This document shows positions 27,201 through 36,800 of a DNA stretch of 64,000 nt, in pieces. The notes below the pieces were generated by a model. The model was not told the origin of the DNA. It saw nothing but the letters and a program-made list of their open reading frames with translations, and made no database searches. This DNA is from Scyliorhinus canicula (Eukaryota), in contig NC_052151.1 in the NCBI RefSeq assembly GCF_902713615.1, positions 85,301,073 through 85,365,072 on the forward strand, in the 5' to 3' direction. Each line of letters opens with the position of its first letter. Within the stretch, counting starts at the first letter, position 1. Position numbers and translations under genes: made by a program.

Positions 27201-29668
27201 TAAACCCATTGGGGCTTTAACCTGGTGGTTTAAGACTTCTTACTATGCTCACCCCAGTCCAATGCCGGCATTTCCACAACATGGCAAAAAAGTCCAGGTT
27301 AGGCGGGGTTACAGTTATGGTGCCTTTTGAGAGGGTCAGTGCAGACTCGATGGGCAGAATGGCCTCCTGCCGCACTGTTGATTCTAATATTCCAATGGGG
27401 AGAGGGAATAACATCGTTATCAGGTTTCCTGATTCTGATAAACAGGTTGCCGACCTGGACGTTAACACATGTTTCTCTTTCCACAGGTGTTGCCCGACCT
27501 GCTGAGCATTTCCTGCATTTGGTTTTCATGTTAACCTTCCAGTATGTTTTTAAACCATACACGAACGGGGCAGCACGGTTAACCACTACTACTAGTGGTT
27601 AGCACAACTGCCTCACGGCACTGAGGTCCCAGGTTCGATCCCGGCTCTGGGTCACTGTCCGTGTGCAGTTTGCACATTCTCCCTGTGTCTGCGTGGGTTT
27701 CGCCCCCACAACCCAAAAATGTGCAGAGTAGGTGGATTGGCCATGCTAAATTGCCCCTTAATTGGAAAAAATAATTGGGTAATCTAAATTTTTTTTAAAA
27801 ACCATACACGAACTATGCTCCTCTGGAAGATCGGTTTTAAAAAAGTATTCAAAAACAAGCCATGCGAAACATAAAACAATTGTTACCAGAATGAAAGAAA
27901 AATTTGCCCAAAAGAAAAAAAACACATGGAAAGGTCCAATTCCTGCAGAGCTGGGTCAGAGGGGTTGATTCCCAATGGGTCAGAACGGAGGAGAGTCTGT
28001 GCAGTGGGTCGGGATTGAAAGCACTAGCAACAGCGCCGCTCCCGATAGCCCCGGGGAAGTACTCAGGGAGTCCGGTAATAATAGCTTCATTGAGAATTTG
28101 GAGGCAGTTTCGCCAACACTTTGGGTTGGGGGCTGGGTCAAGGGAAGTGCCGATTCGAGGGAACCACAGATTTGAGCCAGGGAGGTGGAATGGAAATTTT
28201 CAGAAATGGGAGAAGGGGATTAAGACAGTAAAAGATTTGTTTCTTAAGGGTCGGTTTGCAGGGCTGAAGGAGCTGGAAGCGAAGTATGGGCTGGAGCAGG
28301 GGGAAATGTTTAGATACAGGCAGGTTCGAGATTTTGCCAGAAAGGAGAAACAGAGCTTCCCAGTTGAGCCGGCATCTACATTCCTGGAGGAGGTGCTGAC
28401 GACAGGGGGACGAGAAGGCACCAATGGAAGGGATCAAAGCAAAGTGGGAGGAAGAGTTGGGAGAGGATATGGAGGAGGGGTTCTGGTGTGAGGTGCACCG
28501 GAGAGTGAATGCTTCCACCTTGTGCGCGAGGTTGGAGCTGATACAGCTGAAGGTGGTATACAGCACACCTTACGAGGACGAGGATGAGCCGATTCTTTGA
28601 AGGAGTAGAAGATGCGTGTGAACGTTGCCGGGGTTTGGGGGCGGGGGGGGGGGGGGGGGGGGCACTAATCACGTTCATATGTTTTGCTCCTGTCCAAAGC
28701 TAGAGGATTACTGGAAGGAGATTCTCTAAAGGTAAACTTGCAGGTTGAGTCCGTAATTAAGAAAGCAAATGTAATGTTGTCATTTATCTCAAGAGGCTTG
28801 GAATATAAAAGCAGGGATGTACTTCTGAGGCTTTATAAAGCACTAGTTAGGCCCCATTTAGAATACTGTGAGCAATTTTGGGCCCCATACCTCAGGTAGG
28901 ACATACTGGCACTGGAGCGGGTCCAGCGGAGATTCACACGGATGATCCCAGGAATGGTAGGCCTAACATACGATGAACGTCTGAGGATCGTGGGATTATA
29001 TTCATTGGAGTTTAGGAGGTTGAGGGGAGATCTAATAGAAACGTACAAGATAATGAATGGCTTGGATAGGATGGACGTAGGGAAGTTGTTTCCATTAGCA
29101 GGGGAGACTAGGACGTGGGGGCACAGCCTTAGAATAAAAGGGAGTCACTTTAGAACAGAGATGAGGAGAAATTTCTTCAGCCAGAGAGTGGTAGGTCTGT
29201 GGAATTCTTTGCCACAGAGGGCGGTGGAGGCCGGGACATTGAGTGTCTTTCTAAGACAGAAATTGATAAATTCTTGATTTCTCGAGGAATTAAGGGCTAT
29301 GGGGAGAGAGCGGGTAAATGGAGTTGAAATCAACCATGATTGAATGGTGGAGTGGACTCGATGGGCCGAATGGCCTGACTTCCACTCCTATGTCTTATGG
29401 TCTTAGGTTTTTAGGGTAGTTTCTAAAGTGGTGCATGTGAAACTGGACCTGGGCCCCCGGGTGGCCATATTCAGGGTGTCAGACCAGCAAGGGTTGGAAA
29501 CGGGTGCAGAGGTAGATGTTGTAGCCTTCGCCTTATTGATCCCCCGAAGGTGGATCCTGATGGGATGGGGTGCAACCTCTCCACCCTAGTGAACTGAGGG
29601 GAAGGATGGAGGGGGTTCTACAATCCATGGGCATTATTTATCATGCACCTTCAAGAACTGGATAACAT

Positions 29669-29710
<42 letters not shown>

Positions 29711-30104
29711 GTTGGCGACTATGGATGATTCCTTTTTGTCATTTGTTTATGTGAACATGCGGGCTAATGTTTGGGGTTTGGTGGGAGGATGGGATCATTA
29801 TTGATATGGGGATTGACATTTTGTTACTGATTATGTTTGTTGTTGGTGGGTGTAAATTTGGGAGAAAATGTGAAAAAGGAAGAGAATAAAAAATATTTTT
29901 AAAAAAAGAAAGGTCCAATTCCAGTTAGTAACGAGCTGTTGAAAGGCAGGTTAGGCCGTGCTCGATGCCGAGTCCTCTCCCGCCCGATCGGGGAGAATAT
30001 AAATGTTTTGAACCGCTTCCAAAACACTTGTCAATACAAGATGATGATGATTTCAGTGGGTTCAGGCCGCTATACTTACCATTGCTGGTGAAGTAGTAAA
30101 CCAT
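12175..30104 (-). CDS. CCDC25: Coiled-coil domain-containing protein 25, complete 9-exon CDS: join(30104-30080, 24834-24787, 23081-23042, 22829-22778, 20472-20397, 18132-18029, 17665-17463, 15302-15257, 12207-12175), 627 nt, 208 aa
   Basis: Spliced translation [86 protein letters not shown]...[10 protein letters not shown] closely matches vertebrate CCDC25. All introns are GT-AG with consistent phases. Head-to-head with ESCO2 as in human. Confidence 0.97.
12820..13190 (+). mobile_element. CR1 LINE 3' end
   Basis: [21 protein letters not shown]; (tatg)n tail. Confidence 0.85.
13250..13460 (+). mobile_element. Deu-domain SINE (SacSINE1-like) remnant; another on minus strand ~25325-25465
   Basis: ctgccctctcag...ctattt.aagaa.ag.agg.gagt Deu-domain-like core. 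Confidence 0.6.
15257..15302 (-). CDS. CCDC25: CCDC25 exon 8 ([16 protein letters not shown])
   Basis: TAG acceptor, GTAAGG donor, 46 nt. Confidence 0.95.
15702..15896 (+). mobile_element. Penelope terminal-repeat fragment with short inverted 3' end
   Basis: Homologous to 8480-8660; 14-bp TSD cttattatatacat (15688-15701, 15897-15910). Confidence 0.85.
16265..17330 (-). mobile_element. L2-like LINE 3' fragment
   Basis: L2-type 3' end acaacttacatttatataa..ccttt on + strand; [11 protein letters not shown] motif. Confidence 0.65.
17463..17665 (-). CDS. CCDC25: CCDC25 exon 7 (coiled coil, [21 protein letters not shown]...EVEDL)
   Basis: Matches ORF 17447-17665; TAG acceptor, GTTTG donor, 203 nt. 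Confidence 0.96.
18029..18132 (-). CDS. CCDC25: CCDC25 exon 6 ([35 protein letters not shown])
   Basis: TAG acceptor, GTAAGT donor, 104 nt. Confidence 0.96.
19391..19445. repeat. (CCT)n plus poly-C low-complexity tract
   Basis: Seen directly. Confidence 0.9.
19470..20170 (+). mobile_element. Old CR1 LINE fragment
   Basis: MLRGDLIEV motif, degenerate. Confidence 0.65.
20397..20472 (-). CDS. CCDC25: CCDC25 exon 5 ([25 protein letters not shown])
   Basis: TAG acceptor, GTAATG donor, 76 nt. Confidence 0.96.
20800..21990 (-). mobile_element. CR1 LINE fragment
   Basis: [25 protein letters not shown] motif; CR1 3' tail. Confidence 0.8.
22778..22829 (-). CDS. CCDC25: CCDC25 exon 4 ([17 protein letters not shown])
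   Basis: TAG acceptor, GTATG donor, 52 nt. Confidence 0.96.
23042..23081 (-). CDS. CCDC25: CCDC25 exon 3 ([14 protein letters not shown])
   Basis: TAG acceptor, GTATG donor, 40 nt. Confidence 0.96.
23210..23980 (+). mobile_element. L1-clade LINE ORF2 3' end
   Basis: CDGC...HTHKFWSCP motif, [13 protein letters not shown]; A-rich tail. Confidence 0.75.
24240..24418 (+). mobile_element. Short tRNA-derived SINE without V-domain (copies 34530-34718 and minus 36905-37078)
   Basis: ggggctggtttagcac...ggttcaattcccgta head joined directly to the shared tail. Confidence 0.8.
24787..24834 (-). CDS. CCDC25: CCDC25 exon 2 ([16 protein letters not shown])
   Basis: TTGCAG acceptor, GTAAGT donor, 48 nt. 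Confidence 0.96.
27092..27278. mobile_element. Fold-back pair of Penelope terminal fragments inserted in a V-SINE
   Basis: Inverted arms homologous to 8580-8698. Confidence 0.8.
27567..27798 (+). mobile_element. tRNA-derived V-SINE (HE1-like), A-tailed subfamily
   Basis: tRNA-like A/B boxes, V-domain; 15-bp TSD aaaccatacacgaac; duplicated at 32266-32487. Confidence 0.88.
28720..29405 (+). mobile_element. CR1 LINE 3' fragment nested in L1-clade element
   Basis: [32 protein letters not shown]; tail tcttatggtctta. Confidence 0.9.
29669..29709. repeat. Poly-G run (~40 nt) in L1-clade 3' UTR
   Basis: Homopolymer seen directly. Confidence 0.9.
30080..30104 (-). CDS. CCDC25: CCDC25 coding exon 1 (MVYYFTSN)
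   Basis: ATG at 30104-30102; donor G|GTAAGT. Confidence 0.95.
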
Positions 30105-30864
30105 CGTGGAGCAGCAGCTGGAAGAGGCTCAGGCTCCGGGTGACCGGGAAGTCAATGGCGGAGCCGGCGCGGCTGCGGCCACGTGATCACTGCAAGCGGC
30201 TCTGGGAGTCCAGCTAAGATTTATTTTACAGGCAATCCAAGAGGAAGGAAATAAAACAATGCAGCAAAGCCCAACCCCGATCAGTCCGGTGTCTTGCAAT
30301 TATCAATATGCATCTATGCCGTGTTTCTTTTTTGGAGGTTAACAACTAAGCAAGTTGAAGCAATGCACAGCAGCTCGGCGGTTAACCTTTCATCTACGTT
30401 AACGTGCGTACTTCCAGGAGTTTAACTTCATCAATACCTCACCCTCCGCCCAATATTAATTCAAACCTTTCCAGCTGCAATTAAAAACTAATGGTCTGAG
30501 GAGCCCGGTCATATGGGGCCTTGAGAATTGATTCCGTTCCAATACTGCCATTGGCGATTTCTAATGTGACCGCCCCTCCCCGGTTCTGTATTTTCGACCC
30601 CGGCTCCCTTTCAGCGTCGGTTTGGACTTGGCAAGAGGGCGGGGACTTCACGTTGGTCCAATCCGATCGGGAGACTTCGCCAGATTGACTGGCTGTATAT
30701 CCAATGGGAGGGGTCTGCGTTCGGGGTCAATCAGCGCGGCTGGTGGGAGGGCCCAGGCGGAGCGCGCGCGGGGTTTGGAAGCCGCCAGTGCGCGGGACGG
30801 CAGTGGCGGTTTGAATCTCCTCTCCTGAGTGGAGGAGGTGAGGATCCAGCTGAACAACCCTGGG
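30105..30864. promoter_or_regulatory. CpG-rich bidirectional promoter / 5' UTRs of CCDC25 and ESCO2
   Basis: Non-repetitive CpG-rich block. E-box CACGTG 30180-30185, ETS/YY1-like GGAAGT..ATGGCGG ~30148-30162, GC boxes ~30570 and ~30638, CCAAT at 30658 and 30701, CHR-like TTTGAA 30810-30815 preceded by GGCGG. Confidence 0.8.
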
Positions 30865-30887
30865 ATGATTCCGTCTGTGCCGGACAA
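30865..30887 (+). CDS. ESCO2: Putative coding end of ESCO2 exon 1 (MIPSVPD), phase 2
   Basis: gggATG context; donor AA|GTGAGT at 30888; in frame with exon at 38616 if spliced directly. Confidence 0.45.
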
Positions 30888-33800
30888 GTGAGTGGATGAG
30901 GGGGGCGGACAGGTTAGTTCGTTGGTCGGAGCCCGCTCGACAGAGAAGAGCCACCTTTCTGAAACAACAAGTTGGATTCGTATATCCGGGAGGGACTTTT
31001 CAAACAAAAATTCGGTCTTGACTTTATGTTGCCTCCTAAATCCTCCGATCAGGATTCCAACCATGCCACATCATTGCAAAAGTGTTAACTAAAGTCAAAG
31101 ATTATATTTAGGGGCAAGGTTTATTCATAGAATTTACAGTGCAGGAGGCCATTCGGCCCATTGAGTCTGCACTTAAGCCCTCACTTCCACCCTATCCCCG
31201 TAACCCAATAACTCCATCTAACCTTTTTTGGTCACTAAAGGCAATTTATCATGGCTAGTCCACCTAACCTGCACGTCTTTGGACTGTGGGAGGAAGCCGG
31301 AACACCGGGAGGAAACCCACGCAGACATGGGGAGAATGTGCAGACTCTGCACAGACAGTGACCCAGCGGGGAATCGAACCTGGGACCCTGGTGCTGTGAA
31401 GCCACAGTGCTATCCACTTGTGCTACCGTGCTGCCCCTTTTGAGTGTTGGCCTTCGTGACGGCTTTGCTGATTTTTAAGGTGGTTGGTCGCACCGTCCTT
31501 CTATAGGGCCCTTCTTTGTTCCTGTCCAATTAACCTTGCTTGGTTACATTATTATCGTCAAAACATCCAACAATGGCTTCTCTTCTCACGCTACAGCCAG
31601 GTTCAGTCAGCAGTTAGGAAGGCAAATGCAATGTTAGCATTCATGTCAAGAGGGCTAGAATACAAGGCCAGGGATGTACTTCTGAGGCTGCACAAGGCTT
31701 TGGTCAGACCCCATTTGGAGTATTGTGAGCAGTTATTTTTTAGAACAGTACAGCACAGAACAGGCCCTTCGGCCCTCGATGTTGTGCCGAGCAATGATCA
31801 CCCTACTCAAACCCACGTATCCACCCTATACCCGTAACCCAACAACACCCCCCTTAGCCTTACTTATTAGGACACTACGGGCAATTTAGCGTGGCCAATC
31901 CACCTAACCCGCACATCTTTGGACTGTGGGAGGAAACCGGAGCACCCGGAGGAAACCCACGCACACACTGGGAGGACGTGCAGACTCCTCACAGTCAGTG
32001 AGCCAGCCGGGAACTGAACCTGGGACCCTGGAGCTGTGAAGCATTTATGCTAACCACCATGCTACCGTGCTGCCCAAACCTCTAATATTCCAATGGGGAG
32101 AGGGAATAACATCGTTATCAGGTTTCCTGATTCTGATAAACAGGTTGCCGACCTGGACGTTAACACATGTTTCTCTTTCCACAGGTGTTGCCCGACCTGC
32201 TGAGCATTTCCTGCATTTGGTTTTCATGTTAACCTTCCAGTATGTTTTTAAACCATACACGAACGGGGCAGCACGGTGGCCTAGTGGTTAGCACAACCGC
32301 CTCACGGCGCTGAGGTCCCAGGTTCAATCCCGGCTCTGGGTCACTGTCCGTGTGCAGTTTGCACATTCTCCCTGTGTCTGCGTGGGTTTCGCTCCCACAA
32401 CCCAAAAATGTGCAGAGTAGGTGGATTGGCCATGCTAAATTGCCCCTTAATTGGAAAAAATAATAGGGTAATCTAAATTTTTTAAAAAACCATACACGAA
32501 CTATGCTCCTCTGGAAGATCGGTTTTAAAAAAGTATTCAAAAACAAGCCATGCGAAACATAAAACAATTGTTACCAGAATGAAAGAAAAACTTGCCCAAA
32601 AGAAAAAAAACACATGGAAAGGTCCAATTCCTGCAGAGCTGGGTCAGAGGGGTTGATTCCCAGTGGGTCAGAACGGAGGAGAGTCTGTGCAGTGGGTCGG
32701 GATTGAAAGCACTAGCAACAGCGCCGCTCCCGATAGCCCCGGGGAAGTACTCAGGGAGTCCGGTAATAATAGCTTCATTGAGAATTTGGAGGCAGTTTCG
32801 CCAACACTTTGGGTTGGGGGCTGGGTCAGGGGAAGTGCCGATTCGGGGGAACCACAGATTTGAGCCAGGGAGGTGGAATGGAAATTTTCAGAAATGGGAG
32901 AAGGGGAATTAAGACAGTAAAAGATTTGTTTCTTAGGGGTCGGTTTGCAGGGCTGAAGGAGCTGGAAGCGAAGTATGGGCTGGAGCAGGGGGAAATGTTT
33001 AGATACAGGCAGGTTCGAGATTTTGCCAGAAAGGAGAAACAGAGCTTCCCAGTTGAGCCCCGTATCTATGGAAAGATGTGCTGACCTTGGAAGGGGTCTA
33101 GAGCAGTGTTAATATAGAAAATACAGCACAGAGCAGGTCCGTCGGCCCATGATGTTGTGCCGAGCTTTTGTCCTAGATTAAGAACAAATTAATCTGCACC
33201 CCATCATTCTACTGTAATCCATGTACCTATCCAATAGCCGCTTGAAGGTCCCTAATGTTTCTGACTCAACTACTTCCACAGGTAGTACATTCCATGCCCC
33301 GCTACTCTCTGGGTAAAGAGCCTACCTCTAACATCCCCCCTATATCTTCCACCGTTCACCTTAAATTTATGTCCCCTTGTAATTGTTTGTTCTACCTGGA
33401 AAAAGTCTCTGACTGCCTACTCTATCTATTCCCCTGATCATCTTATAAACCTCTATCAAGTCGCCCCTCATCCTTCTCCGTTCTAATGGGAAAAGGTCTA
33501 GCACACTCAACCTTTCCTCGTAAGACCTACACTCCATTCCAGGCAACGTCCTGGGTTTTGTACAGCTGCATCATCACCTCACGGCTCTTAAACTCAATCC
33601 CTCTGCTAATGAACGCTAGCAAACCATAGGCCTTCATCACAGCTCTATCCACCTGAGTGGCAACTTTCAAAGATCTATGAACATAGACCCCAAGATCTCT
33701 GCTCCTCCAGATTGCCAAGAACCCTACCGTTAACCTTGTATTCCACATTTATATTTGTCCTTGCAAATGGACAACCTCACACTTTTCAGGGTTAAATTCC

Positions 33801-36800
33801 ATCTGCCACTTCTCAGCCCAGCTCTGCATCCTATCTATGTATCTTTGCAGCCGACAATAGCCCTCCTCACTATCCACAACTCCACCAATCTTCGTATCAA
33901 TCTGTTGCGACGCTCCTGATCGCGCATATCTGGCATGTGCACCGATAATCGGGCATGCATGCGCAGTGCGGCCGAATTTGTTTTATCTGTTCCTTGTCAT
34001 TTTGAAGGCCGCTCGCAACCGGCATTATTAAAAACCGGCTGTTGCCCTTCCGATTTGCGCGATCAGGAGGGTCGAAATGGACGGCTCCGCGATCCTCCTG
34101 ACACCCGCCCCACGATCCACCTGTGGGTCGTGCCCACGAGTTTGACAATGCCTGGTCTAGAGGAGGTTCACATGAATGATCATTGGAGTGAACAGTTTGT
34201 CATATGAGGAGCGGTTGAGGACTCTGCGTCTGTACCCGTTGGAATTTAGAAGGACGAGGGGGGATCTTATTGAAACTTACAGGATTCTGTGTGGCCTGGA
34301 TAGAGTGGACGTGGAGAGGATGTTGCCACTTGTTGGAAAAACTAGAACCAGAGAACACAATCTCCGACTATAGGGACGATCCTTTAAAGCAGAGATGAGG
34401 AGGAATTTCTTCAGCCAGAGCGGGTGAATCTGTGGTATTCTTTGCTGTAGAAGGCTGTGGAGGCCAAATCACTGAATGTCTTTAAGACAGAGATAGATAG
34501 ATCCTTGATTAATACGGGGATCAGGGGATGGGGCTGTTTAGCAAAGGGCTAAATCGCTGGCTTTGAAAGCAGACCAAGGCAGGCCAGCAGCACGGTTCAA
34601 TTCCCGTATCAGCCTCCCCGAACAGCTGCCAGAATGTGGCGACTAGGGGCTTTTCACAGTAACTTCATTTGAAGCCTACTTGTGACAATAAGCGATTTTC
34701 ATTTCATTTCATTTCATTCTGGGGAGAAGGCAGGAGAATGGGGATGAGAAAAATATCAGCCATGATTGAATGGCGGAGCAGACTCGATGGGCCAAGTGGC
34801 CTAATTCTGCTCCTTATGTCTTATTATCTTGTGGTCTTCGGCTCTGCACCCAGGTCCTGATATATTCAAAGTTCACTGCTCTCCCAGGTGCAGCGCCTAG
34901 TCTGCCTGGCCCACCTCATGATCCACTCCTTGTCCAGGAAATGGTGCAAACGCATCACCATCGCCCTCTGCAGCTCGTTTCCCTGGGGCTTCCTCATTCG
35001 CGCCCTATGCGCTAGATCCACTTCCAGAGGCCGTGCGAATACTGCCTCTGCCAGCAGCTTCTCCAGCATCCTCCCCACACGTGCGCCAGTGACGCTGCCT
35101 CACTTCCCTCCGGCAGACCCACAATCATAATATTCTGCCTGCATGACAGGTTCTCCAGGTCTTTGACTTTCTCCTGGAGCCGCTTCTGCTGATCCCGTAT
35201 CAGCCCCATCTCTGCTGCCATTGAGGCGAATTGCTCCTCATGTTCCTCCTCCATCTTCTGGATCGCCTGACCCTGGGCCTCCAGCCTTGTCTCCACGCGG
35301 TCATCACCGCCTTAATCGAATCCACCACCCGGGCCAGCTCCTCCAGATCCTCCTTGCTTTGGTGGGTGAACATCCCCTTCAGGAAGCCCACCAGCTGCTT
35401 TGTTGACCACTGAGCCGGCAGAGCTCCCTGACCCTCTGCCATCTCCACATGACACCACACCAAATTTTGCAGTCTGTTCCCCTCTTTTGCGACCACTTTT
35501 GGCCCTCGGCTCCATACACCAGTGGGTCACTCTCTTCCACTAACTCCCCTGCACCTTTTTGCCTCCTCACATCCACCTGTTAACCGGGGAAAGGGTCCGA
35601 GAAAAACGCCACAAGTGGGTGCAACCAAATATGCGACCACTCACACCATGGGCGCCCCCAGAAGTACCAAAAAGATTTTTACAACGATATAGGAGTTTTA
35701 TGGTCACCATTGATTCATTCTAAATTAATTGAATTTAAATTTGTCAGCTGCCATTGTGGAGTTTAAATTCCTGTTTCCAGAGTAATAGTCTGGCCCTCTG
35801 AATTACTAGTCCAGTAACATTGCACATAAACCATAGAAGAACTCAAACATTGCTGATGAGACAGCATTTTTTTGCCCATCGCTAATTGCCCATTAGGTGA
35901 TGGTTAGTTGCCTTCTTGAACTGCTGCAGTCCATATACTGTTTGGGTCGGAGCTCCAGATTTTGACTCGCCAACAGTGATTTGGTTTCAAGTCAGGATTG
36001 TGTGGCTTGGCGGGGAACTTGCTTAGGTGGATTGGCCATTAGAACATAAGAACTAGGAGCAGGAGTAGGCCATCTGGCCCCTCGAGCCTGCTCCGCTATC
36101 CAAAAGGTTAGGCGGGATACTGGGTTACGGGGATGGGGTGGGCTTAAGTAGGGTGCACTTTCCAAGGGCTGATGCAGACTCGATGGTCCGAATAGCCTCC
36201 TCCTTCACTGTAAATTCTATGATTCTAAGTCTTGTTAAGTTGCGGCAGTGCCTCTTGCGAATGGTTCACACAGCTGTCATTGTGGGTTGGTGGTGGATGA
36301 GAAGCCAATCATGCGGGCTGCTTTGTTCTGGATGGTGTCAAGCTTCTTGAGTGTTGCTGGACTTGCACTCATCCAGGCAAGTGGAGAGTATTCCATCATA
36401 CTTGAGTCTTGAAGAGTCAGGGGGTGAGTTACTTTCACTCAAGAATTCCCAGCTTCTGGCCTGCTCTTGCAGCTGCAGTATTTAATATGGCTGGTCCTGT
36501 CCAGTGTCTGGACAATGGTAATCCCCCCAGGATGTTGATGGTGGGGAGTCAGCGATGGCAATACCATTGAATATCAAGGGGAATTGTTAGCACCATGTTG
36601 CTGTACCCAGTGGACAAATTGATCCTGCTGTAACACATGCCTTGGAATGGAAGGATAATTTTAAGATCGTGAACCTAACCTCCTCAGCATTTTCTTTCAT
36701 ATGGACCATAAATGTCCCAAGTAGCCCATCAAGATTTATTAATTTATGCAACAAAGAAAACGTGGTGAAAACCTTTAATAAATCTGCCAAATATTAGGTA

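Larger units (their letters stand above)
27944..29907 (+). mobile_element. 5'-truncated L1-clade LINE (ORF2 3' part), interrupted by CR1
   Basis: 15-bp TSD gaaaggtccaattcc (27929-27943, 29908-29922); AATAAA plus A-tail; C-terminal C..C...HMF.SCP...YW zinc-knuckle motif. Confidence 0.85.

Noticed and set aside
27567-27650. tRNA-like sequences at SINE heads
   Set aside because: They continue into V-domain and tail; they are SINE heads, not tRNA genes.
29669-29709. Long poly-G/poly-C tracts as functional G-quadruplexes
   Set aside because: They lie within TEs and homopolymer length is unreliable in assemblies.
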